NCBI GenBank assembly: GCA_963844715.1
Contig: CAWJPJ010000006.1
Span: 1,152,001-1,216,000, forward strand
Origin: an uncultured Phycisphaerales bacterium
GTDB lineage: Bacteria > Planctomycetota > Phycisphaerae > Tepidisphaerales > Tepidisphaeraceae
Length of the DNA stretch: 64,000 bases
Direction: 5' to 3'
The position numbers and the translations under genes were made by a program. How positions within the stretch are numbered: position 1 is the first letter of the stretch; each line of letters begins with the position of its first letter. Below are positions 55,281-64,000 of this stretch, piece by piece. Below the pieces are notes generated by a model. It was not told the origin of the DNA. It searched no databases and was given only the letters and a program-made list of their open reading frames with translations.

Positions 55281-56410
55281 TTAACTAATGGTCCCGCCCC
55301 CCGTCGTCCCGCTCTCCTGCGGCTCCGGCGTCGGTTCCGGCTCCATAGCTTCGGGCTCCGCAGCCCCAAGGTCCGTAGCCGCCGCCAATCCCGCCGCCGC
55401 GCCGGCCGCGGCATCCAGATCCATCCCAAGGCTCAAGCCCAGATCGGCCAGCTTGCGCTTCACTTCGCGCAGGCTCGTCTTTCCAAAGCTTCGAACCTTC
55501 AGCAGATCGGAGTCGGTCTTCTTGACCAGTTCGCGAACGGTGCCGATTTTCGCCGATTCCAGGCAGTTGTTGGCCCGAACCGACAGATCCAGCTCCTGGA
55601 TCGTCATGTTCAATTTCTGCTGTAAATCCGGGTCGATCATCGCCTTGGAAGCGTCGCGCAGGGCCGCGATGGCATCGTCGTTGGCCGTTTCGCTGCCCAG
55701 CTCGAAATATTGCACGAACGGATTGAGGTGCTTGCGCAGAATCTTGCTGGCTTCGACCAGCGCCATCTCCGGCGAAAGCGTCCCGTTCGTCCAGATTTCC
55801 AGGATCAGCCGGTCGTAGTCCGTCTTTTGGCCCACGCGCGCGTCTTCGGTGCTGTACCGCACGCGCGTCACCGGCGAATAAATGCTATCCACCGCGATCA
55901 GCCCGATCTCCTGCTCCTCGGTGTCTTCAATATTGTCCGCCGCCGTCACATATCCGCGGCCTTTGGACACCGTCAGAGTCATGTCGAACTCGAGGTTCTC
56001 GGTCAGCGTCGCGATCACCAGGTCCTTGTTCACGATCGTGATCGACGGATCCGCCTGGATCATGCCCGCCGTGATCGGCCCCGCCTTGTTCGCCGTCAGC
56101 TTCATCTCTTTGTTGTCGTCGCTGTCCAGCTTCACGATCAGGCTCTTGACGTTCAGGATGATGTCCGTGACATCCTCCATCACGCCCGGCAGGCTCGAGA
56201 ATTCGTGCTCCGCCCCTTTGAGGCGAATGTGCGTCACCGCCGCCCCTTCGAGCGACGAGAGCAAAATACGCCGCAGCGAGTTCCCCACGGTGGTTCCGAA
56301 CCCGCGTTCAAACGGCTCGGCGATAAACCGCGCATAAGTCTCTGTCGAAACCTGTTCATCGCGCACGCCACGCGCGACGGCAATTCCAATCCACGCCATC
56401 GAATTCTCAT
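55281..56410 (-). CDS. rpoA: RNA polymerase alpha subunit (frameshift near 56365)
   Basis: True start MRIRWRGLELP at 56410; EPFERGFGTTVGNSLRRILLSS, LSVRANNCL, FGKTSL. Confidence 0.97.
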
Positions 56411-56523
56411 AACATTCTCCGATCAAAGGTCTCGTCCGGATCGCGAAAGTTTGCCGCCCCAACCATTAGGGGCCATCTATCTCCCGCCTCGCCGAAACGA
56501 GCCACTGGTTTAAATTCATTTGC

Positions 56524-56624
56524 AACCGCCAAGACGCCAAAACGCCAAGAAATACAAAAACCAATTATCTTTTATCCCTTTATTCCGACTCTTCTTATCT
56601 TGGCGTCTTGGCGTCTTGGCGGTT
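56524..56624. repeat. AACCGC-CAAGACGC octamer inverted-repeat element
   Basis: 27-bp arms (26/27 complementary) around an AT-rich spacer; ends GCGGTTTAAA. Confidence 0.85.
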
Positions 56625-56635
56625 TAAATTTCTTA

Positions 56636-57061
56636 TTACACGCGCCGCTTCTTCGGCGGCCGACATCCGTTATGCGGCAGCGGCGTCACATCCTCGATCC
56701 CCGTCACGCGCAAGCCCGCGTTCTGAAGATTCAAGATCGCCTGCTCCCGTCCCGCTCCCGGCCCTTTCACCTTGACTTCAATTTCAATCATCCCGGCCTT
56801 GCGCGCCTGCTGCGCCGCGGCTTCCGCCGCGCGACCCGCCGCGAAAGGCGTGCTCTTCCTGGCCCCCTTGAATCCGGCAGTCCCTGCCGACGCCCAGGCG
56901 ATCGTCTCCCCCGCCGGATCGGTGATCGTCACCATCGTGTTATTGAAGGTCGCCTGAATATGCGCCACCCCGCGCGTAACGCCCTTGCGAATCTTCTTCT
57001 TCGCCGCCGGTTTCCCAGCCGGTGCCGCCCCACTCGCCGTCTTACCTGTTTGTTCCGCCAT
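56636..57061 (-). CDS. rpsK: 30S ribosomal protein S11
   Basis: [40 protein letters not shown]. Confidence 0.98.
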   Translation of the reverse strand: MAEQTGKTASGAAPAGKPAAKKKIRKGVTRGVAHIQATFNNTMVTITDPAGETIAWASAGTAGFKGARKSTPFAAGRAAEAAAQQARKAGMIEIEVKVKGPGAGREQAILNLQNAGLRVTGIEDVTPLPHNGCRPPKKRRV

Positions 57062-57116
57062 CGAAAAACTCCTTCAAACGTTCGATGAACTCACTTCATC
57101 GTTCATCATTCATCGT

Positions 57117-57503
57117 TTACTTACTCAGTTCCTTCACGCCCTTCTTACCGGCTACCGTCTTCCTCGGCCCTTTGCGAGTCCGGGCGTTCGACCTTGTCCT
57201 TTGTCCGCGCACAGGCAAAGACCTTCGATGCCGATTCCCGCGATAAGACCCGATATCGCGCAGCCGCGCCACGTTCTGCGTAACGGCGCGCCGCAGCGCC
57301 CCTTCCACAAGAAAATCCCGATCGATGATGGCGATGATCTTCGCCAATTCCTCTTCGCTCAGTTCCTTCGTGCGCCGCTGCGGATCGATCCCGACCTCTT
57401 TCAAAATCGCGCGGCTGTTGGTCCGCCCGATTCCATATAAATAGGTCAGGCTGATCCAGATCACTTTGTCCGGCGGAATGTCAACGCCCGATATACGCGG
57501 CAT
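57117..57503 (-). CDS. rpsM: 30S ribosomal protein S13
   Basis: [15 protein letters not shown]...[12 protein letters not shown]. Confidence 0.98.
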   Translation of the reverse strand: MPRISGVDIPPDKVIWISLTYLYGIGRTNSRAILKEVGIDPQRRTKELSEEELAKIIAIIDRDFLVEGALRRAVTQNVARLRDIGSYRGNRHRRSLPVRGQRTRSNARTRKGPRKTVAGKKGVKELSK

Positions 57504-57558
57504 GTGGCTCCTCTAAAACTTTGCTATAGCTTGGGGCTGGAACAAACAGTTACAACGC

Positions 57559-57672
57559 TCAGCCTTGCTTCTGTTTGTGTTTTGTATTCGTGCAAATCAC
57601 CCGGACGACGCCTTTGCGACGCACAATCTTGCAGTTCTCACAAATCCGACGAACGCTGGCGCGAACTTTCAT
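57559..57672 (-). CDS. rpmJ: 50S ribosomal protein L36 (zinc-binding type), not in ORF track
   Basis: Manual translation [37 protein letters not shown]. Confidence 0.97.
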   Translation of the reverse strand: MKVRASVRRICENCKIVRRKGVVRVICTNTKHKQKQG

Positions 57673-57787
57673 AGCCGTATCACCTTCCACAATCCGGGTT
57701 TACAAACCGAAGAATCCAGAATAATAGCATATCCAAGCGCGAGACTCAAGTTTGACCAGACTTATTTTGGTGGCTATCTTATTCTAG

Positions 57788-58054
57788 GTGCGCTATCGAT
57801 GGAACGATTGGAACAAAGAGCACATCGCCGAACACGGAATGACGGCACCCGATGCGGAATATGTTGTTGATCACGCACGCGCCCCTTATCCCAAAACCAT
57901 TGGCGATGGCAAGCGGTTGGTCATCGGACAGACCTCCAATGGGCGATACGCCCAAGTCATTTACGTATTCGATGATGATGGCACCGCATTCGTTATCCAT
58001 TGCCGCCCTCTAACCGACGTGGAGAAGCGACGTTACCGTCGCAAACGCAAATGA
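57788..58054 (+). CDS. BrnT-like ribonuclease toxin
   Basis: W...N.EHI.EHG....AE, IG.T..GR...VIY, VIHCRP....EKRRY. Confidence 0.8.
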   Translation: MRYRWNDWNKEHIAEHGMTAPDAEYVVDHARAPYPKTIGDGKRLVIGQTSNGRYAQVIYVFDDDGTAFVIHCRPLTDVEKRRYRRKRK

Positions 58055-58349
58055 GTCGCCATAAGAAATATTGGGAAATGACCAAAGCCGAACTCGCCGA
58101 ATCCACCAAGGAATTCGACCAGGAATTCGTCGCCGACAAAGCCCGCCCAATGACTGCCGCCGAGGCGCCGAAGAAAAGCGGGCTCGCCGGGGCCGGCCAA
58201 AAATCGGCAAAGGCTCGCGAAAGATTCATATCACCCTCGAGCGAGGCCTCCTCGCCGAGGCCGACAAATTCGCCCGTCAACAAGGCTTAGCTCGATCCGA
58301 ACTGATCGCTCAAGCCCTGGCAAGCATCGTCGCGAGAAAAGCCGGATAG
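58051..58349 (+). CDS. BrnA/CopG-like RHH antitoxin (frameshift near 58170)
   Basis: ATGA overlap with the toxin; RGRPKIGKG..KIHITLE..LL...D..A....ARSELI. Confidence 0.75.
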
Positions 58350-58366
58350 GCGCGCCGCGCCCCAAA

Positions 58367-59153
58367 TCACCCCAGCAAATCCCCCATCGAATACCTCCCC
58401 GCCTTCTGCTTCACCAGCCATTTCGCGGCCCTCAGCGCCCCCAGCGCAAAGGTATCCCGCGTGGTCGCCACGTGCCCGATCTCCACTCTTTCCCCCAGGG
58501 CCGCGAAGTAAACCGTGTGTCTCCCCACTTCATCCCCCAGCCGCAGGGAGTGCATTCCGATCTGCCCGCGCTGGCGAGTCTCTTCCGCTCCATGCCTGCC
58601 ATACACCAGGGCCTTGCGCGATTTTCCGGTTGCCTTCAAAATCGCATCAGCGATCGCCGCCGCCGTCCCGCTCGGCGCATCTTTCTTGAATCGGTGGTGC
58701 CCCTCGACGATTTCCACGTCGTAATCGTCCCCCAATCGTTCCGCCACTTCCGCCGCGACTTTCAGCAGTACATTCACCCCCAGGCTCGTATTCGGCGCCT
58801 GCAAAACCGGAATTTTCGCCGACGCCACATCGATCGCCGCATGATCCTTCTCCTTCAATCCCGTCGTCCCGATGACCATGGGAATTCCCCGATCCCGGCA
58901 AGTCTTCAGCCAATGCCGGGTCGACGCCGGGAGTCGAAAAATCGATCAGCACATCCGGCCGCGGCCGCAAATCAAACGTGATCGGCAGCCCTATATTTCC
59001 AATCCCCGCCATCTCCCCCGCATCATGCGAAAGATGCGGCGTCTCCGGCTTATCGATCGCCGCCACCAACTTGAAATCCGCATCCGCCTTGGCCAGCGCA
59101 ATCAATCTCATCCCCATGCGCCCGCACGCCCCGGTGATCGCCAGTTTGATCAT
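58367..59153 (-). CDS. dapB: 4-hydroxy-tetrahydrodipicolinate reductase (frameshift near 58930)
   Basis: GACGRMG, IDFS, VIGTTG, EGHHRFKKDAPSGTA. Confidence 0.95.
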
Positions 59154-60592
59154 TTCAGCACCCCGCGGTTTTTCAATTTCGAAGGATCTTCTCCCATCGC
59201 CCGCAAAATCGCGCCCAGATCATCCTCCACCGGCACCGGCCGATTCGACAACTTCCCCGTCGGCTCCGACCGCGGCGCCAAATCCTGCACCGCCTTCATG
59301 TCCACACCCGTGTGATATTTCACCGTCACGTTGGGATCTTTCAGTTCATGCCCAGTGAGTATGCACACCGCCGTCTCATCCGCGCAAATCGTCTGGTTGT
59401 CCAGAAGCTGATGCAATCCCGCCACGCTCGCCGCGCTCGCCGGTTCGCAGCCGAATCCCCACCGCGCCACCATCGCCCGATGCTCCAGAATAATCTCATC
59501 GCTCACTTCCGCCGTCACCCCGTTCATCACCTCCAGCGCCCGCAGCGCCTTGGGCAAATTCACAGGCCGGCTGATCTCAATCGCGCTGGCAACCGTATGC
59601 GCATGATAATTCGCCTCATCCATCGCGGCATAAAGTTTTTGCACCGCCGTCGCGTCGTACTTCCCCCCATTCCACCTCACGCCGCGCCGGCCATATAACT
59701 CATGCAGCGTATTCGCCCCCGTCGCATTGATGATCGCCAATCGCGGAATCTTCTTGATCAGCCCAAGCTGCTTCAATTCCGCGAACGCCTTCCCAAACGC
59801 CGAGCAATTCCCCAAATTCCCACCCGGCACGATGATCCAATCCGGGCTCTGCCAATCCAAAGCCTCGAGCACCCGCAGCATGATGCTCTTCTGCCCCTCG
59901 AGCCGGAACGGATTCACGCTGTTCATCAGATAGATTCCCAGTTCCGGAATATCCATCGCGATCTGCCGAATCCGCCGCAGGCAATCGTCAAAATCCCCGT
60001 GGATTTGCAGCGTCATGGCCCCGTAATCCAAAGCCTGGCTCAGTTTCCCCAGCGCGATCTTCCCTGTCCCGATGAAAACGATCCCCTGCATTTGCGCCAG
60101 ACTCGCGAACATCGCCAATGACGCGCTGGTATTCCCCGTCGAAGCGCACGCCACTTTCCGCGCCCCCACCATCTTCGCGTGCGTGAACGCGGCAGTCATC
60201 CCGTTGTCTTTAAAACTTCCGCTGGGATTCAAACCTTCGTATTGCAGAAGGAGTTTCCCCTCTTTCATCCCCAGATGTTTCCCGAGCAAATCCGCCTGCT
60301 GGAGACACGTCCGACCCTCCCCGATCGTCACGATCTGATCTTCTTCCCGATAAAACGGCAGCAGCTCGCGGAACCGCCAAACCCCCGAAAAATCCAGCCT
60401 TCCCTCGACCCCGCTCCCCTTGGTGCTCCACCGATGCTCGAAAAACGACAGCCCCTTGATCTTCGGCAGCTTCTCCCAGTCATACTGCACATCCAGCAAG
60501 CTCCCACATTGCGGGCATGCAACCAGAACCTGCCCGACGTCAAACGTCGCCGCGCAAGCAGAATTGATGCACTGCTGAAATGCCGCACTCAT
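59150..60592 (-). CDS. thrC: Threonine synthase
   Basis: NPSGSFKDNG, CASTGNTSAS, NSVNPFRLEGQK, PGGNLGN, EPASAAS. Confidence 0.95.
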   Translation of the reverse strand: MSAAFQQCINSACAATFDVGQVLVACPQCGSLLDVQYDWEKLPKIKGLSFFEHRWSTKGSGVEGRLDFSGVWRFRELLPFYREEDQIVTIGEGRTCLQQADLLGKHLGMKEGKLLLQYEGLNPSGSFKDNGMTAAFTHAKMVGARKVACASTGNTSASLAMFASLAQMQGIVFIGTGKIALGKLSQALDYGAMTLQIHGDFDDCLRRIRQIAMDIPELGIYLMNSVNPFRLEGQKSIMLRVLEALDWQSPDWIIVPGGNLGNCSAFGKAFAELKQLGLIKKIPRLAIINATGANTLHELYGRRGVRWNGGKYDATAVQKLYAAMDEANYHAHTVASAIEISRPVNLPKALRALEVMNGVTAEVSDEIILEHRAMVARWGFGCEPASAASVAGLHQLLDNQTICADETAVCILTGHELKDPNVTVKYHTGVDMKAVQDLAPRSEPTGKLSNRPVPVEDDLGAILRAMGEDPSKLKNRGVLK

Positions 60593-60751
60593 GCAACAGA
60601 TTATTGCAGAAAAAGGGCCAGTTGCCAGCTAACCCCGCGCACCCCCGCGCCTCCCGCGAAGCCGGTAGTGCTTGCACTACCGGACCTTGCCTTGCGCCCG
60701 TGATTTATCCCCTAGCAACTCGCAACTTCTTCCCTACAATGCCCATCGCTT

Positions 60752-61767
60752 ATGCCCGATCCACGTCCCGCGCGTTCGCGCTCTCAGACGCCCCCCTCGG
60801 CCATGGACCAGGTCGCCCACTGTGTCGCCGCCGAGATGATGCAGGTCGAACTCCTCTTCGACGAGGAACTCGGCAGCCAACTCTCCTGCGTCAACCAGCT
60901 GGTCCGTCATGTCAGCCGCTTCCGCGGAAAAATGCTCCGCCCGCTGCTGCTTTTATTGACCGGCAAAGCCTGCGGCTCCCTCGAAGCGCGACCACGTCGT
61001 CCTCGCCACCGTCGTCGAAATGGTCCACATGGCGACTCTCGTCCACGACGATGTCCTCGACGAAGCCGAACTCCGCCGCCGCGGCGCGACGATCAATCAT
61101 CTCCGCGGAAACGAAGCCGCCGTCCTCCTCGGCGACTATCTCATCAGCCACTCTTTCCATCTCTGCTCCAGCCTCGACTCCCAATTCGCCTCCCGCATCA
61201 TCGGCAAAACCACCAACGAAGTCTGCGAAGGCGAACTCCTCCAAATTCACAACCGCAACAATCTCGATCTGGAAGAAGAAACCTACATCCAGATCGTCAC
61301 CCAAAAAACCGCCGCCCTGTGCGCCGCCTGCTGCCTCCTGGGCGCCTATTCCTCCGGCGCGGGAGAAAGCACCGTCGAATCGATGCGCCTCTACGGCCTC
61401 TCCCTGGGCACCGCCTTCCAAATCCAGGACGACATCCTCGACATCGTCGGCGACCAAACCACCGTAGGAAAAACCCTCGGCATCGACGTCCAAAAAGGCA
61501 AGCTCACGCTCCCCATGATTCATTTCATGAACACCGCTCCGCGCGAGCACCGCACGCTGTTGCGTTCCCTGCTCCTCAGTAGAGAAGCCGACAAGGTCGA
61601 GCGCATCCGCAACCTGATTCTCCCCAGCGATTCCGTCCAGTACGCCACCGCAAGAGCCCGCCGGCTAGTCGATCGCGCCGACCGCATGCCTAAAACCCCT
61701 CCCCGACTCCCGCGCCAAGGAATTCCTGGCCCAACTAGCCGAGTTCGTAATCAGCCGCCCGCTTTAG
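60752..61767 (+). CDS. Polyprenyl diphosphate synthase (IspB-like; two frameshifts)
   Basis: GKMLRP, LVHDDVLD...RRG, FQIQDDILD, GKLTLP. Confidence 0.9.
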
Positions 61768-61879
61768 AGGTAAGCTTCGTCCTACCTTTTCCCACCCGCA
61801 TCCCCACCCGACGCGCCTCTTCCAACCATTCCACTTACTCCCCATAAAACAATTTCGCCAACGCCACAATTCCAAAATC

Positions 61880-61929
61880 AAAGGGGTCGGGAGTCGTTTA
61901 CAGAAAACGACTCCCGACCCCTTTTTTTT
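61880..61929. repeat. GGGGTCGGGAGTCGTTT palindrome, probably also a terminator
   Basis: 20-bp perfect arms, 5-nt loop, T-run on the plus strand. Confidence 0.75.
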
Positions 61930-61967
61930 CGCCCCTCGCGGCCGGGAACTGGGGCGCGGCTTGGCTA

Positions 61968-62171
61968 TCATTCCGACGACCCGCCTGCATCCCTCCGCGA
62001 GCTCGCTTCCCTCGATTTCTGAAGCTGCAGCACCAGCCAATGCGCCTCTTCCAGCCAGGCCAGCTTCTCCGCCAGCGGGAGCTTCGCCATCCGCTCCATT
62101 TGCTGCTGCCGATGGCCCTCCCATCCGACTTCCCAGACCTCTTCCGATTCGGGTTCGTTCGATGAATTCAT
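61968..62171 (-). CDS. Small hypothetical protein (67 aa), antitoxin-like
   Basis: GWEGHRQQQ..R.AKLPLAEKLAWLEEA. Confidence 0.5.
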   Translation of the reverse strand: MNSSNEPESEEVWEVGWEGHRQQQMERMAKLPLAEKLAWLEEAHWLVLQLQKSREASSRRDAGGSSE

Positions 62172-62256
62172 GGTGTGCCCCCCATTATACCCCACCCCTT
62201 GCGGCCCCCCACTGGACATCCGCTACAATATATATGGACGCAAACGAGGATCCTGA

Positions 62257-63526
62257 ATGAAAAAAGTTGCCAGTTGCCAGTTGCCAGTTGCCAGTACCAG
62301 CAGTAGTAACGGCAAAAGGCAAGCCCCTGTCTTTACTGGCAACTCGCAATTAACAACTGGCAACTATTCCCGCGGCTTCACCGTCCTCGAACTCCTCGTC
62401 GTCATCGGCATCATCCTCGTCCTCCTCGGCATCCTTCTCCCCGTCATCAGCAAGGTAAAAACCGCCAGCTACTCCGCCGACACCCAGCAGGAAGTCAGCC
62501 AGCTCTCCACCGCCATCAACGAGTATTACTCCATCTTCCACGCCTATCCCGGCCCCTTCACCAACGACCAGATCGAAGCCGAAACCAGCGGAGCCACCAG
62601 CGGCATTCCCCTCGGCATCGCAAATTTTGAGATTTACACCGACGGCGCAACCAACCCCTACGGCACTCCATCCACCACCCCCTGGACCGTCACAGGCACC
62701 GAAAACCTCGTCCTCGGACTCCTCGGCGGACTTCGCATCGATACCACCGGGTCGCCGCCAACCAACAACCCCGTCTTCGCTCCCAGTGAAGTCGGTCTAG
62801 GCCCCTTGAGCCTCAACCCCGCAAATCCACGCCGCTACAGTCCCTTCATCGACACAAAAAATATACTCTGGTGCAGCCTCAGCGGACCGACCACTGCCCC
62901 GCAAGTCAGTCAATCGAATCTCATGCCCACCAACCCCTCCAACTTTCACGATCTCGCCGGCGTCTCCGCCTACGATTCCGAAATCCCGGAATTCGTCGAT
63001 CGCTTCCCCGTGCCCTTGCCCATCCTTTATCTCAGGGCCCGCACCGGCGCCAAAAGGCATCATCAGTGACGGAACAACCGTCGGCATACCCCCCATCAGC
63101 CAAACGGTTCCGCCTCTTCGCGCCTACCAATACGACATCCGTGACATTTACGCGTACGTCACCAACACCACGAGGCTAGCCACCAGCTCCGAGAATGAGG
63201 GAATCGGCCTGCCCTTGGGCCGCTACCACAATCTCGGGCAACTCGCCCTCCCGAGCACCATCACATCCTGGCCCCCGGCGAACCCCGCAAAAGCGGGGCA
63301 ATACAGCACCGATACCATTTCGAACTATGATGCCTTCGCCTACTTCGCCAACTTCTCTTCGGTCCCCCCAAGCCTTAGCCAGACCGGCGACGTTCCCGCG
63401 AACGCCTGGGCCAATTACACCGGCCAGCCCCGCTCCGTCGATCAATTCATCCTCATCACCGCCGGCCCCGACAGAATTTACGGAACCACAGACGACATAA
63501 CGAGTTTCGGCGATGTCGCCCAGTAA
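62257..63526 (+). CDS. Prepilin-type (pseudopilin/GspG-like) protein with repeat-derived 40-aa leader (frameshift near 63050)
   Basis: RG|FTVLELLVVIGII; C-terminal ILITAGPDRIYGTTDDI. Confidence 0.85.
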
Positions 63527-63568
63527 AATCATTCCCCCCAGCCATTGGACAAAGCGAATAATCAATTG

Positions 63569-64000
63569 ATGCGAGGCACGAAGGCACATAGGCACGAAGG
63601 CACGAAGGGAAATCCTTCCGAATTCACTCCGTGCCGAAGCGCGCTCGCCCCGGCGAGGGCCTCCGTGCCTCCGTGCCTCTCTTCCCCCCCCACTGGCAAC
63701 TCTCCCCCCATTCGTCCCGCCACGGCGGATGCTGGCGCACATTCGGATTTCGGATTTGGTTCGGATTTCGGGTTTCGGGCTTCGGGTTTCCGCGCCCGCC
63801 GCGGCTTCACCGTCATCGAACTCCTCGTCGTCATGGGCATCATCATCGTCCTGGCGACCTTCCTCTTCTACGCCTATCAGAAGGTCGTCCTCGACCGAAA
63901 AATCAGCGACACCAAAACCGCCCTGCAATCCGCCAAGGCGCTCCTCGCCAACTACGAGCAAGCCACTCACTACCGCCGTCCTCCGCCAACTCTCTTCTGC
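63569..64000 (+). CDS. Prepilin-type protein with repeat-derived 79-aa leader; runs off the window end, not in ORF track
   Basis: Open frame from ATG 63569 to RRG|FTVIELLVVMGIIIVLA (F codon at 63806). Confidence 0.8.
   Translation, partial: MRGTKAHRHEGTKGNPSEFTPCRSALAPARASVPPCLSSPPTGNSPPIRPATADAGAHSDFGFGSDFGFRASGFRARRGFTVIELLVVMGIIIVLATFLFYAYQKVVLDRKISDTKTALQSAKALLANYEQATHYRRPPPTLFC

Overview
High-GC bacterial DNA, most likely from a planctomycete of the Phycisphaerae/Tepidisphaerales type. This is inferred from the DUF1559-like prepilins, the repeat families and the gene styles. About 20 genes are split by single frameshifts, including essential ones (rpoA, mnmG, tilS, dapB, mdh), so the assembly is probably indel-prone and these are not true pseudogenes. 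Content from left to right: an AAA ATPase; a Tad/Flp pilus locus with five Flp pilins, one missed by the ORF track, all with an atypical G|GE(V/T)LEY processing site; ExuT; a 279-bp MITE-like element with nested complementary hairpins; FloA; an OprB-porin/secreted-protein/Tat-Dyp peroxidase operon behind a Fur-like palindrome; mnmG; a GxxExxY PD-(D/E)xK nuclease gene bracketed by perfect 39-bp inverted repeats; housekeeping genes (tilS, clpX, mdh, MATE, pdxH, class II and class I aldolases, lpxD, xylB); a low-GC DUF4209(HEPN-like)+XRE pair; a Kdo hydroxylase; a GT2; rpmJ-rpsM-rpsK-rpoA-rplQ; a BrnT/BrnA-like TA pair; dapB, thrC, a polyprenyl synthase; and the start of a prepilin cluster. The most striking unexplained signal is a dense set of short-period (7-9 nt) tandem/inverted repeat elements. 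One carries the GxxExxY nuclease and has empty sister copies. Others sit in-frame in the cleavable leaders of prepilin genes, inside a membrane-protein loop, or supply stop codons.
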